A stretch of DNA of 64,000 nt, from positions 3,776,001 through 3,840,000 of the forward strand of contig CBDCJH010000002.1 of NCBI GenBank assembly GCA_965217775.1, given 5' to 3'. The position numbers and the translations under genes are program-made. Shown here piece by piece: positions 36,244 through 46,689 of this stretch (its first letter is position 1; each line of letters opens with the position of its first letter). The stretch comes from Acidobacteriota bacterium. GTDB lineage: Bacteria > Acidobacteriota > UBA6911 > RPQK01 > JAJDTT01. Below the pieces are notes generated by a model that searched no databases, was not told where the DNA came from, and was given only the letters and a program-made list of their open reading frames with translations.

Positions 36244-38070
36244 ATGCCCAATATGGCGAGGACAGGCGGACGCTTCCCGCTGCTTGCGATCCTCCTCGCT
36301 TGGCTCCCTCTGCACTCACTGGGGAACACGGGCGACTCCATGAAGGAGCCCGAAGTATTGAGCGTATTCCCCCTGGGAGGACAGCAGGGGACGACCCTGG
36401 AAGTGCAGATGCGGGGCAAGAACCTGGGGGGAACCTATGCCGTCTGGCTTGACGGCGGGGACTTCAAGGCTCGCGTCGACCGGATCGAGGAGACCGACCT
36501 GAGGGAATACGACCTGGTCACGAAAGCATGGAAGAACCAACCCGGGTATCGGGTGTCGATGCAGTTGGAAATCGACGGGAGCGTCGAAGCCGGGACCTAT
36601 GCGATCCGGGCGGTCTCTCCGCAAGGGGTTTCGAACGCGTTGCCGTTTCGAGTCACTTCCCATCCCGTCCTGACCGAAACCGGAGACCCGCATCAGACCC
36701 CGGGGGCGGCGCAGGAGTTGCGGTTCCCGGTCGTGGTCAACGGGAAGATCAGCCGGGGGGGTGAGCTGGACTTTTACGGATTCGATGCCGGCGAGGGCCA
36801 GGAGCTGACCTTCGAGGTGGTCTCCCATTTGGGGATCGAACCGACACTGACGCTGTACGAACCGACCGGGAGCTGGTTTGATCCGAATCGCGTCCGGGAG
36901 TTGGCGTTCCACCTGGGACGCCTGGGCACACCCGCCACCCTCCACACGTTCGACCGCATGCCCAATTACGAGAAGCCGCGCCTGACCTACCGGTTCAGCC
37001 GAAAGGGACACTACCTGATCCAGGTGGGAGCCCATTTGAGTAAGGGCGGTCCCGACTGTCCCTATCAGTTCCGAATCTCCCTGGCCGATCCGAGGGTGAC
37101 CCGGCCCCTGGAGAGCGGATCGGTGCAGGGATTACCGTCCAGTTGGGCAGAATTTTCCCGAGAACTCGAACCGGATCGCCTGGAGCGGCTCTGGTCCAGA
37201 ACTGTCCGGGAGACGGCGGATCCTTCCACTCCCGCCGCTGGGCTCCCTCGTCTCGTGGAAGCGGAACCCAACCCGTCGGCCGGCCAGGCCCAGGAGGTCG
37301 CCGTGCCGTCGATCATCGAGGGATCGATCGACCGTCCCGGCGACGTCGACAACTACCGTTTCAAGGTCCGGGACGGAACGAAGTTGGCGTTCGAGATCGA
37401 GACACCGGACGTGACGCCTCCCTTCTTCAATCCACGTCTCACGGTCCTGGATGCGGAGGGCAACGAGTCCTTCAACAACATCTTCCGCAGGCTGGGGCGG
37501 CAGTTTCAGTTCTACAGCAAGACGGTGGAGGCCAAAACGCTCCACACCTTCGAGTCGGGAGGAGAATTCACGCTGCAGGTTCGCGACATCACTTCCCGCC
37601 AGGGTGACCCCAGCTTCGTCTACCGGCTGCTGATCCGTCCGCAGATTCCCCATATGGGCGACATCGAGTTGAAGGACGACCGGGTCAACCTGAGGGCGGG
37701 AACGGCCGGAAAACTAACGGTCATCACCGACCAGGAGGAAGGTTTCGGCGGGGAGATCGTTCTGAGCATAAAGAATCTTCCTACCGGTGTGGAGGCCCTG
37801 CCCGGCACGGAACTGGAGCCCGAAAAGGGAATCAATCCGGACGAGGGTCCCAAGGAACGGTTCGTGCCCAAGAGCCAAAAGGCCACGGTGCTGCTGGTGG
37901 CCCGCGAAGACGCTCCGGCCACGCCCATGCCCCAGATGATTCGGATCATGGCGCGCCCCGTTGTTGGTGGATCGCTGGGCCCGTCGCAGTTGGTCCGGGA
38001 GGTGCCCGTGATGGTGGTGAAGCGCCAGGAACAGGTGTTGGCCGGAACGAGGGAGGAAGAAACCCCGTGA
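36244..38070 (+). CDS. Planctomycete-type PPC-domain (pre-peptidase C-terminal-like) exported protein
   Basis: SVFPLGGQQGTTLEV, GVSNALPF, and two PPC-like units (GKISRGGELDFYGF; GSIDRPGDVDNYRF). Upstream of DUF1549/DUF1553. Confidence 0.72.
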   Translation: MPNMARTGGRFPLLAILLAWLPLHSLGNTGDSMKEPEVLSVFPLGGQQGTTLEVQMRGKNLGGTYAVWLDGGDFKARVDRIEETDLREYDLVTKAWKNQPGYRVSMQLEIDGSVEAGTYAIRAVSPQGVSNALPFRVTSHPVLTETGDPHQTPGAAQELRFPVVVNGKISRGGELDFYGFDAGEGQELTFEVVSHLGIEPTLTLYEPTGSWFDPNRVRELAFHLGRLGTPATLHTFDRMPNYEKPRLTYRFSRKGHYLIQVGAHLSKGGPDCPYQFRISLADPRVTRPLESGSVQGLPSSWAEFSRELEPDRLERLWSRTVRETADPSTPAAGLPRLVEAEPNPSAGQAQEVAVPSIIEGSIDRPGDVDNYRFKVRDGTKLAFEIETPDVTPPFFNPRLTVLDAEGNESFNNIFRRLGRQFQFYSKTVEAKTLHTFESGGEFTLQVRDITSRQGDPSFVYRLLIRPQIPHMGDIELKDDRVNLRAGTAGKLTVITDQEEGFGGEIVLSIKNLPTGVEALPGTELEPEKGINPDEGPKERFVPKSQKATVLLVAREDAPATPMPQMIRIMARPVVGGSLGPSQLVREVPVMVVKRQEQVLAGTREEETP

Positions 38071-40619
38071 GGGAACGTTCCCTGCCGAATCTGATCCTCG
38101 CCGCCTGGATCCTCGTCTCTACGGCCCAGGCCGCCCCGCCGCCGGGAAAGCCGGCAGTGAGCCTCGAGTCTCCCCTTTCGATACGGCTGGTGCCCCAGGA
38201 CGTGAGGCTCTGGGGCTCGCAGGCGGCCCAGCGTTTCCTGGTCCTGGGGAAATTCGCCGACGGTCTGGAACGGGACCTGACCTCACGGGGCCGTTTTTCC
38301 GTTTCCGATCCGGAAGTGGCGAGCGTGGAGGCAACCGGACGGGTATCGGCCCTCGCCGACGGGCAGACCCGATTATGGGTGGAAGCGGCCGGCCGCACGG
38401 TGCACGCCACCATTCGCGTGGAGGGCTCGGGAGAAACCCGGCCCTTCAGCTTCGACCGGGTGATCGGCGGAATCCTGACCCAGAAGGGGTGCAACGACAG
38501 CGGCTGTCACGGCAGCGTGAAGGGGAGGGGAGGATTGAAACTCTCCCTGAACGGGCTCTATCCCGAACAGGACTACCAGTGGATCGTGGGCGGCGGCGTC
38601 TATCAGGTCCTGAGCCCCGAGTCAGGTGGGCCCAGGGTGCCGCGCGTCAATTTGCAGGATCCGGAAAAGAGCCTCTTGTTGCTAAAGCCCACCTTCAGTG
38701 TCCCCCACGGAGGCGGAGAGCGTTTCGCGGAGGATTCCCTGCACTACCGGAGGATTCTGAACTGGGTTCGGAAAGGGGCGCCCTACGGGGAGGAAGGCGC
38801 CGCCGAGAGCATCAGGATCGAGCGACTGGAAGTCTATCCCCAGTGGGTGGTTCTGGATCTGCAGGGAACCCAACAACTGCTGGTGACGGCGCACCTCTCG
38901 AACGGCCGCCGGGAAGATCTCAGCGGCGAGGTGCTCTACGTCTCGAATGATCCGGGCGTGGTGAGCGTGAGCCCGGAAGGCCTGGTCAAAGCCGGGAAGA
39001 GGGGGGAGACGGCGGTGATGATTCGGGCTGCGGGGCACGAGGTCAGCGCCGGTTTCGGCGTGATCGCCGAGCCCTTCGCGGACTACCCGGAGGTGCCGCG
39101 CCGGAACTTCATCGACGGTTACGTGTTCGCCAAACTGCGCCAGCTCAACATCCTGCCCTCGGAACTTTCCAGCGCTGAGGAGTTCCTGCGGCGGGTGTGC
39201 CTGGATCTGACCGGCACCTTGCCGCCGCCGGGCCGGGTGCGGGAATTCCTGGCCGACCCCGATCCGGACAAACGGGACAAGCTGATCGAGATTCTGCTGG
39301 ATTCTCCCGAGTACATCGACTATTGGACCTTTCGTTTCGCCGAGCTCTTTCGGGTCAGCTACGAGAACGGGGGAGACGCCGGCATCTATCCCCTGCTCTA
39401 TTGGCGATGGATCCGGGAGGCCATCGCGCAGGACAAACCCTACGACCAGGTGGCGCGCGAGCGGCTGGCCGCGCAGGGATACGACGGCCCCACGCGGCAC
39501 TACTTCAACGGTTCGGACCTGCGGCGCCCGACGGACGTGATGGCCGAGCAGGTCCGGGTCTTCTTCGGCCGGCGCCTGGACTGCGCCCAGTGTCACGACC
39601 ATCCCTACGAGTCCTGGAGCCAGAATCAGTTCTGGGGGATGACCGCTTTCTTCGGCCGGGTCACGCAGTTGGGACAACTGAGTCACACTCCGCCTGGCGT
39701 GGTCATCGACGATCCCGCCGGGCACGGACTCTACGGCCAGGGAGAGAAGGTGATCCACCCGCGCACCAAGGAGGAGGTCCCCCCGCGATACCTGGACGGC
39801 ACCCTCTTGGCGGAAGACGAACTGAGCGACCCGCGGACTCCGCTGGCATCCTGGATGACCTCTCATCCTCACTTTGCCGAAGCCGCCGTGAACCGGATCT
39901 GGGGGAATTTCTTCGGCCGGGGGATCGTCGATCCGGTGGACGACTTCCGCTCCAGCCGCCAGCCGACCCATCCCCGGCTGCTGAAGGCCCTGGCCCGTGA
40001 CTTCGTGGAACACGGCCACGACCTGAAACATCTGATCCGATTGATCGTCCGGTCCCGGACCTACCAGCTTTCCGGCACCCCCAACCAGACCAACCGGGAC
40101 GACCGGATCAATTATTCCCGAGCCTGGTCCCGGCCGCTGGACGCGGAAGTGCTCCTGGACGCCATCTCTCAGGTGGCCGGCGTCCCCGAGGAGTTCAAGA
40201 ACGGGACCGGAATGCCCATGCCTCCCGGGACGCGCGCCCTGAACCTGGACCGGCCGCATATGTTTCCCTCCCGGTTCCTGGACATGTACGGACGAACCGA
40301 CCGTCAGAAGGTGCCGGAGCGAAGAGTCGAGGCGAACGTGGAACAGGGCCTGCATCTGCTGGCGGGTCCGACTTACACCAGCAAGCTTTCCAAGCAGGGG
40401 GGACGGATCGACCGGTTTCTTGAGAGTGGCGCTTCGGACCGGGAGGTCATCGAGGAACTCTCCCTGGCGGGGCGTTCCCGGTTCCCTACTCCCCGGGAGC
40501 AGGCCGCTCTGGAGAGGATGATCGCGACCAGGATCGAGGGGGGATCTTCCCGCCGGCAGGCGCTGGAGGCTCTGCTCTGGGGGCTCGTCGCTTCCCGGGA
40601 ATTTGCCTACAACCACTGA
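38067..40619 (+). CDS. DUF1549/DUF1553 (PSCyt2/PSD1) protein with Ig-like (Big_2) domains
   Basis: GCNDSGCHG, NFIDGYV, EFLRRVCLDLTGTLP, CAQCHDHP, VNRIWGNFFGRGIVDPVDD, PTHPRLL, SRTYQLS, EFAYNH. Confidence 0.88.
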   Translation: MRERSLPNLILAAWILVSTAQAAPPPGKPAVSLESPLSIRLVPQDVRLWGSQAAQRFLVLGKFADGLERDLTSRGRFSVSDPEVASVEATGRVSALADGQTRLWVEAAGRTVHATIRVEGSGETRPFSFDRVIGGILTQKGCNDSGCHGSVKGRGGLKLSLNGLYPEQDYQWIVGGGVYQVLSPESGGPRVPRVNLQDPEKSLLLLKPTFSVPHGGGERFAEDSLHYRRILNWVRKGAPYGEEGAAESIRIERLEVYPQWVVLDLQGTQQLLVTAHLSNGRREDLSGEVLYVSNDPGVVSVSPEGLVKAGKRGETAVMIRAAGHEVSAGFGVIAEPFADYPEVPRRNFIDGYVFAKLRQLNILPSELSSAEEFLRRVCLDLTGTLPPPGRVREFLADPDPDKRDKLIEILLDSPEYIDYWTFRFAELFRVSYENGGDAGIYPLLYWRWIREAIAQDKPYDQVARERLAAQGYDGPTRHYFNGSDLRRPTDVMAEQVRVFFGRRLDCAQCHDHPYESWSQNQFWGMTAFFGRVTQLGQLSHTPPGVVIDDPAGHGLYGQGEKVIHPRTKEEVPPRYLDGTLLAEDELSDPRTPLASWMTSHPHFAEAAVNRIWGNFFGRGIVDPVDDFRSSRQPTHPRLLKALARDFVEHGHDLKHLIRLIVRSRTYQLSGTPNQTNRDDRINYSRAWSRPLDAEVLLDAISQVAGVPEEFKNGTGMPMPPGTRALNLDRPHMFPSRFLDMYGRTDRQKVPERRVEANVEQGLHLLAGPTYTSKLSKQGGRIDRFLESGASDREVIEELSLAGRSRFPTPREQAALERMIATRIEGGSSRRQALEALLWGLVASREFAYNH

Positions 40620-40663
40620 TTTCCATAGGATCGAGAAACAACGAGATTCCAAGGAAGACGTCG

Positions 40664-41998
40664 ATGAAGTCCCCTGGCTGTTCGCATTGCGCGGGGCCCG
40701 GCCGCCGCGATTTTCTCCGGGTGGGCTCCCTGAGCCTGCTGGGAGTCAGCTTGAGTCAATACCTCGAGCTCCGGAGCGTGATGGCCGCGGTGAACAAGGA
40801 TCGTCCCGCCCGCCAAGCCAAAGCCCAGGCCTGCATCCTGCTCATGTTGGAGGGGGGTCCGGGCCAGATGGACACCTGGGACCCCAAGCCCAACAGCAAC
40901 TTCAAGCCGATCTCGACCAACGTTGCCGGGATCCGGATCTCCGAGCTCTTCCCCAAGGTGGCCCGCCACATGGAGAAGTTGTCCATCATCCGGTCCATGC
41001 AGACGGAAGAGGTCGATCATCCCCAGGGCACGCACTACGTGTTGACGGGTCACCGGCCCAACGCCGCCATGCAATTTCCCAGCCTCGGCTCCATCATCGC
41101 CAAGGAGATGGGACCTCGGAGATCGCTGCCCCCCTATGTGATCGCCCCCGATATCACGACCGAGCAACATCGGAACTATTACCGGTCCGCGTTCCTGGGT
41201 CCCCGATACGACCCGCTGCGGCTGGGCGACCCCAACCAGCCGGACTTTCGGGTCGCGGATCTGAACCTGCCAAAATCGATCTCGGTGGAACGGATCGAGG
41301 AGCGGCGTTCCTTTCTGAAGGTCTGGGACGCGCTCTACCGGCAGAAGGAGGAGATCGCCGAATACGGCAACCTGGATTCCTTCACCGACCAGGCACTGCA
41401 GATGATCCTGTCGCCGGACGTGAGGAACGCCTTCGACATCTCTCAGGAGCCGGACAAGCTGAGAGACAGGTACGGCCGGCACCCCTTCGGCCAGAGCGTC
41501 CTGCTGGCCCGGCGGCTGGTGGAGTCGGGAACCCGGTTCGTGACCGCCGCGGGCTACAAGGCCAGTTGGGACACTCACAGCAACAACGACAAGAGCCTGC
41601 GCGACAAGCTGGCCCCGCCGCTGGATCAGGCCCTTTCGACGCTGTTGTGGGATCTGGACCAGCGGGGAATGCTGGAATCGACCATCGTCATCGCCATGGG
41701 GGAGTTCGGCCGCACTCCCCACATCAACCCGGTTCTCGGGCGCGACCATTGGCCCCATTGCTGGTCGCTGATCCTGGGAGGAGGCGGCATCCAGGGCGGG
41801 CAGATCATCGGCGCCAGCGACGACCGGGGCGCCCACGTGGCCGAGCGGATGGTGACCATGGGGGACGTGTTCGCCACCCTCTACAAGGCGTTTGGAATCG
41901 ACTGGACCAAGACCTACATGCATCCCATCGGCCGGCCCGTCAAGATCGCCAATTCCATCGGCGACAAGCAGGGGGTTCCGATTTCGGGACTGGTCTGA
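40664..41998 (+). CDS. DUF1501 domain protein (Tat-exported)
   Basis: RRDFLRVG, EGGPGQMDTWDPKP, LLARRLVESG, WDTH, GEFGRTP, GRDHW. Confidence 0.9.
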   Translation: MKSPGCSHCAGPGRRDFLRVGSLSLLGVSLSQYLELRSVMAAVNKDRPARQAKAQACILLMLEGGPGQMDTWDPKPNSNFKPISTNVAGIRISELFPKVARHMEKLSIIRSMQTEEVDHPQGTHYVLTGHRPNAAMQFPSLGSIIAKEMGPRRSLPPYVIAPDITTEQHRNYYRSAFLGPRYDPLRLGDPNQPDFRVADLNLPKSISVERIEERRSFLKVWDALYRQKEEIAEYGNLDSFTDQALQMILSPDVRNAFDISQEPDKLRDRYGRHPFGQSVLLARRLVESGTRFVTAAGYKASWDTHSNNDKSLRDKLAPPLDQALSTLLWDLDQRGMLESTIVIAMGEFGRTPHINPVLGRDHWPHCWSLILGGGGIQGGQIIGASDDRGAHVAERMVTMGDVFATLYKAFGIDWTKTYMHPIGRPVKIANSIGDKQGVPISGLV

Positions 41999-42046
41999 CC
42001 CAAATTTCTCCCCTGCAGGTTACTATCCATCCAGGAAAGAAGTCCG

Positions 42047-43018
42047 ATGCAATACCGTCAGCTTGGAAACAGCGGCCTCAGAATCTCGATCATCGGCCTG
42101 GGCACCAACGTATTCGGTCAGCACGAGACCTTCACCCACTACTGCGACGAAAGAGAGACGGCCGCCATCATCCACCGGGCGGCCGACCTGGGCGTCAACC
42201 ACATCGACACCGCCGACATGTATTCCCGCGGCGTTGCCGAGACCTACATCGGCAAGGCCGTCACCGGACGGCGCGACCGCTTCGTCATTGCCAGCAAGGT
42301 GGGCCTGCCGGTGGGGGACGGCCCCAACGATGCCGGGCTCTCTCGCGGCCACATCATGAGCAGCATCGAAGGCACGCTCCGCCGGCTGGATACGGACTAC
42401 GTCGACCTCTACTACGCGCACCGTCCGGACCCGGAAACGCCGATCGAGGAGACGCTCCGCGCCTTCGACGACCTGGTCCGCCAGGGGAAGGTGCGCTATG
42501 TCGGGTGCTCGAACTACGCGGGCTGGGAAATCGCCACGGCGTGTGCCGTCTCCGAGCGGCGCGGCTACGCGCCGTTCCTGGTCAGCCAGTCCCCCTACAA
42601 CCTCTTCGAACGGTCGCTGGAAGCGGAGGTACTCCCCTCCTGCCGGCACCACGGGCTGAGCATCGCCGCATACTCCCCCCTGGCCCAGGGCGTTCTGACG
42701 GGCAAGTATCGCCGGGGTGCGCCGATCCCGCGCGGCACCCGGGCCTGGAAGAATCCGAGTCCCGTCCTTGCCCGATACATGACCGGCGAGCGTCTGGAGA
42801 CGGTCGAACGGCTCGATGCCTGGACCCGGGATCACGGGCGCCGAATGAGCGAACTGGCGATCGCCTGGCTGCTGGACAAGCCCGACGTCTGTACGGTCCT
42901 GGTCGCGGTCACCAGTAACGAACAACTGGAAGCCAACGTGAAGGCGACCGACTGGACCCTCTCGCCGGAACAGGTGCAGGAAGTGGAAGCCATCGCGGCA
43001 GGGAGCGGCGATTTCTAA
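42047..43018 (+). CDS. Aldo/keto reductase
   Basis: YRQLGNSGL, IDTADMY, LDTDYVDLYYAH, GKVRYVGCSN, YSPLAQGVLTGKY. Confidence 0.93.
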   Translation: MQYRQLGNSGLRISIIGLGTNVFGQHETFTHYCDERETAAIIHRAADLGVNHIDTADMYSRGVAETYIGKAVTGRRDRFVIASKVGLPVGDGPNDAGLSRGHIMSSIEGTLRRLDTDYVDLYYAHRPDPETPIEETLRAFDDLVRQGKVRYVGCSNYAGWEIATACAVSERRGYAPFLVSQSPYNLFERSLEAEVLPSCRHHGLSIAAYSPLAQGVLTGKYRRGAPIPRGTRAWKNPSPVLARYMTGERLETVERLDAWTRDHGRRMSELAIAWLLDKPDVCTVLVAVTSNEQLEANVKATDWTLSPEQVQEVEAIAAGSGDF

Positions 43019-43027
43019 GCGCCGAAA

Positions 43028-43095
43028 GGAGGGGCGGTTTCCAGCCGCCCTCTTGGGATCAGTGTTGAAATGGGGGACAAGACTGTCCCCACTCC
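43028..43095. repeat. GGAG-type REP-like doublet between convergent genes
   Basis: GGAG-GGGCGG-tttccag-CCGCCC ... TGGGGGACA-agac-TGTCCCCA-CTCC. Confidence 0.65.
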
Positions 43096-43100
43096 CACGG

Positions 43101-43847
43101 CTACCGATCCAGACGGAGCAACCACTTGGCCGCGTTGCGAATGAGCCGCTGCATCATCGGATGACCCAGCGCTTCGGGCGTGTGTCCCGGGGCGAGATAG
43201 CAGAAACGGCCCTTCCCCAGCTCGCGCCACCAGCCTGCCGGGGCAGCCAGGTTGTCGCGGGCAATGGACCGCAGCAGGAGATGTTCGCGGTCGAGATGGT
43301 ATTTTACCGTATGCTGCTCGTCGAAGATCTCAAAATCCTCCACGCCTGAGGTCACGGGGTGGTCCCTGTCTTCGACTCGAACGGTGAAGACATAGGGCTC
43401 GGGATGGCCTCCGTAGTCTCCTCCGAAGAGTTTGTAGTAGAGGCCGTCCGGCGGGTACAGGCCTTGGGAGTTGTGCAGAGCGAGGAAACCGCCGCCGCCG
43501 TTGACAAAATCCCAGATGGCCTGCTGCTGGGCATCCGTCATCCATTTGACGTGCGGTTGGTCGTATCCGCCGGGCCAGTTCATGCCATCGCGCAGGATGA
43601 TGAGCAGATCGTGCTTGGCCAGCGATTCCGCCTTCAGGGCCTCGACGTTCTCGATAAAGGTCACCGGGATGTTTTCCCGAACCAGGGCCTTGATCAGATG
43701 ATCCCGAATGTAGACCGGACTGTGATATCGGTCGCCGATCAGAGCCAGGGCGCGGGGCCGCTCAGCCGTCTGGTAGACCTCGAACGCTTTCTGCGCCGGA
43801 AGTGCCAGGGTCAGGGCGAACAGAGTCAGTAACAATATTGTCTTCAT
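43101..43847 (-). CDS. ThuA-like (trehalose utilisation, class I GATase-like) domain protein
   Basis: FVNGGGGFLALH, HPVTSGVEDF, DEQH, GKGRFCYLAPGH; signal peptide. Confidence 0.8.
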   Translation of the reverse strand: MKTILLLTLFALTLALPAQKAFEVYQTAERPRALALIGDRYHSPVYIRDHLIKALVRENIPVTFIENVEALKAESLAKHDLLIILRDGMNWPGGYDQPHVKWMTDAQQQAIWDFVNGGGGFLALHNSQGLYPPDGLYYKLFGGDYGGHPEPYVFTVRVEDRDHPVTSGVEDFEIFDEQHTVKYHLDREHLLLRSIARDNLAAPAGWWRELGKGRFCYLAPGHTPEALGHPMMQRLIRNAAKWLLRLDR

Positions 43848-43959
43848 AAGCTCTCCTCCATGCACCAGGTTCCATCTATCCCGGCGCCGTGGGCCAGTGT
43901 AGCCGAGGATTCGACGAAAAGGACGGCGCCACCTGAAACACGAGATGCACCGGCCCGTC

Positions 43960-45513
43960 TCACCTCCGGAATGCGAAGCTGAAGAGGGAGGCGTCCCGGA
44001 TCCGGAAGCGCAGGACGACCGGTTGCCCTGCCCAGCGGGACAGATCCGGACTCCCGGGAAAGGACAGCTCCTGGCGCAGCGAATCGCCGGTGAAGCGGGA
44101 GGAGGGCCGCAATTCCTCGATGGGCTTGCCGGCCACGTCCAGGATCTCTACCGTGATCCAGCCCTGGGGCCCGGTCTGGGCGTTGAGCACCAGGCGGGCA
44201 CCGGAAAAGGTGATGGGCACCGTGGTGAGAACCCCTTCCCGGGCGCCCGCATCCACCGACACGAACCGGTCCAGAGGCCAGATCGCCAGGCCGATGGAGG
44301 CCGTGATCCGGCCCCGGCCGGTGGGCCGGCCGTCCTCGAAGGCGGCCCGATAGAGGGCCGGGGTGCCGTGGGTGTAGTTGGCGCCGTCGTAGTAGACGCG
44401 GACCTCGTCGCCCACCCGCAGGGCCCGGTTGCCGGTGGCCTGGTAGCAGCAGTCCCATTCCCCCATGTCACCCATGGGAATGACCGGCGTGCGAAAGGGC
44501 CTCTCCCAGTGGAAGAGGTCGCGGGAGACGGCCAGTTGGACCTCCTGGGGTCCCTCGTGGTTGCCCCAGCGCGCGTTGTTGTTGATGGTGAAGATCCAGG
44601 GGAACCCGATGGTGCAGCTCTCGGCCGTGTAGACGCCGATGCCGTAGTACTCCGTTCGCATGAGCCGCGGGTCGTCGGGCCGGTCCAGGACGGACCGGAC
44701 GTGCTCGAGCCGGGCCAGGGATCCGGCGTCGTCCCGGGCGTCGGTGGTCCAGGTGAGGACCGGCTCCGTCCAGTCGACGAAGTCGCGGCTGGTGATGGTG
44801 TAGAAGAGGCGCCGCTTGTGACCCAGCCAGTAGGTGCGGGACCGGTTTCCCACCTTGGGGAACATGACGAAGAGGCCCCGGCGCTCATCCCGGAATCCGG
44901 TGGTGGCGTCGGCGAGATCGGGCCAGACCGAACCCTGGCTGTAGGGACGCCAGTGGAGTCCGTCCGGGGAGACGTAGGTCTTCCCGTTGGAGCCCATCAG
45001 CTTGTAGCGGCGGTTGGGATCGGGGTCCCGGGAATCCTTGACCACGTTGCCCAGGGTGGTTCCGGTGAGAACGGCGTTGTGGGGCTGGCCGTTGTTGGAG
45101 GGCAATGTTCCCACCAGAGGCTTCTCCCATCGGACCCCGTCCCGGCTGGTGGCATAGCAGATGAAGTAGCGGGAGTCGAAGTAGTCCCGGGAGTCTCCCG
45201 CGTCTCCCAGGTACCACATCTTGAAGATCCCCTCTTCCTGGTCGTAGATGACGGTTCCGTGCATCTCCAGGCGCCATCCCTCCCAGGGCCGGTCGGCTTG
45301 AATGAGGGGGTTCTCGGGGTGGGGACGGCCCGAATGCTGGGTGAAAAAGACCCGGTCCGCATTGTGGACCAGGATCCGGTCCACGAAGAGCTGCGCGCGG
45401 TCGCCGACGTCGAAGGGGGATTCGGCGGCCAGCCCGGTAGCAATCAAGAGGAGGAGGACAACAACCAGACCGGAGAACCGTCGGCGACCGAGACCAATCA
45501 TCGCCACCTCCAT
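43960..45513 (-). CDS. Exported beta-propeller glycoside-hydrolase-like protein
   Basis: QLFVD, NPLIQADRPWE, FKMWY, ATSRDGVRWEKP, SRDLFHWER, DRFVSVDAG. Confidence 0.6.
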   Translation of the reverse strand: MEVAMIGLGRRRFSGLVVVLLLLIATGLAAESPFDVGDRAQLFVDRILVHNADRVFFTQHSGRPHPENPLIQADRPWEGWRLEMHGTVIYDQEEGIFKMWYLGDAGDSRDYFDSRYFICYATSRDGVRWEKPLVGTLPSNNGQPHNAVLTGTTLGNVVKDSRDPDPNRRYKLMGSNGKTYVSPDGLHWRPYSQGSVWPDLADATTGFRDERRGLFVMFPKVGNRSRTYWLGHKRRLFYTITSRDFVDWTEPVLTWTTDARDDAGSLARLEHVRSVLDRPDDPRLMRTEYYGIGVYTAESCTIGFPWIFTINNNARWGNHEGPQEVQLAVSRDLFHWERPFRTPVIPMGDMGEWDCCYQATGNRALRVGDEVRVYYDGANYTHGTPALYRAAFEDGRPTGRGRITASIGLAIWPLDRFVSVDAGAREGVLTTVPITFSGARLVLNAQTGPQGWITVEILDVAGKPIEELRPSSRFTGDSLRQELSFPGSPDLSRWAGQPVVLRFRIRDASLFSFAFRR

Positions 45514-45532
45514 CGGATGGGTGCTCAGGACG

Positions 45533-46531
45533 TCAGGCGGTAACTGCCGGCTCGTCCGCTCGGATGTGCTCCCAGTTGAACTCGGTCTCGCTCATGGGGG
45601 AGTCGGGGAAGGGCTGCCAGACCTGTGCCCGCTCCTTCTTGCCCAGGGCCCGGGCCATCTCCGCCATGTGGCTGCCGATGCATCCGCAGCATCCACCGAT
45701 GAAGCTGACTCCCAGGTCGCGGGCCTTGGGGGCGAACTCTCCCATCTGATAGCGGGTCAGCAAAGTCTTCTCGAGCCGGTCGGGAAAGGCCGGATTGGCG
45801 GTGAACCAGGGGATCTGGTCGGTGCAGGCGAAGGCCACGGGCTGCGCCGCCAGGTAGACGTCGGTGGCCTCCCGCATCTCGTCGATGATGGGATAGGTTC
45901 GCTTGGGGTCGCGCATGCAGTTGGTCCCCACGATGTCCGCCCCCTCAGCCGTGAGGATGCGGGCGCACTCGGAGGGGGAGTAGCCGTCCACCGTCTTCTC
46001 GCCGCCCCGGAAGGAGACGGTGATCATGGCCGGAACCGTGCTGTGCTGCTTGATGGTCTCCAGACAGAGCCGGGCCTCTCCCAGATACCAGAAGGTCTCT
46101 CCGATGATGAAGTCGACTCCCTCCTGGGCCTCGATCTGCTCCTGGAACATGGCCGCCACCAGGTCCCTGGAACTGGGGCTGTCCGCCTCCCATTTCCAGG
46201 TCGCGCAGAGGTCCCCCGCCACCAGGGCCTCGTCTCCCGCCACCTCCCGGCAGATCTGGGCGGCCTTCCGGTTGATCTCGATGGTCTGGTGGTCCCGGCC
46301 CACCGTGGCCAGCTTCTCGCGGCTCCCGTAGAAGGCCATGACCTGCAGCACCTCGGCGCCGGCGTTGAGAAACTCGACGTGGAGCTGCCGGATGGCATCA
46401 GGGTGATCCAGGACGAAGTGGGGCGTGAATGCGCCCGCCGTTCCGTATCCCCGGCGTTCCAGTTCGACGATGTAGCCGCCGTCACAGAGGACGGGTCCCG
46501 AGGCCAGCCTTTCCAGGATGTTTCGATTCAT
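45533..46531 (-). CDS. Homocysteine S-methyltransferase family protein (BHMT-like)
   Basis: DGGYIVELERRGY, QLHVEFLNAGAEV, and Zn ligands GTNC and IGGCCG. Confidence 0.85.
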   Translation of the reverse strand: MNRNILERLASGPVLCDGGYIVELERRGYGTAGAFTPHFVLDHPDAIRQLHVEFLNAGAEVLQVMAFYGSREKLATVGRDHQTIEINRKAAQICREVAGDEALVAGDLCATWKWEADSPSSRDLVAAMFQEQIEAQEGVDFIIGETFWYLGEARLCLETIKQHSTVPAMITVSFRGGEKTVDGYSPSECARILTAEGADIVGTNCMRDPKRTYPIIDEMREATDVYLAAQPVAFACTDQIPWFTANPAFPDRLEKTLLTRYQMGEFAPKARDLGVSFIGGCCGCIGSHMAEMARALGKKERAQVWQPFPDSPMSETEFNWEHIRADEPAVTA

Positions 46532-46689
46532 GACAAGACTCCCTTTCTGTTTCCGTTTCCAATGCGGGCGGGCGCTCGAAAGATTTCTACAAAAAGCGAA
46601 TACGCGACTGAGGAAAACACTTGCTCCATAATACACTCAAGGAACCGGTGAGATACTCGGGCAAGCCCCTGATAGAGGTCTCGACTGAG

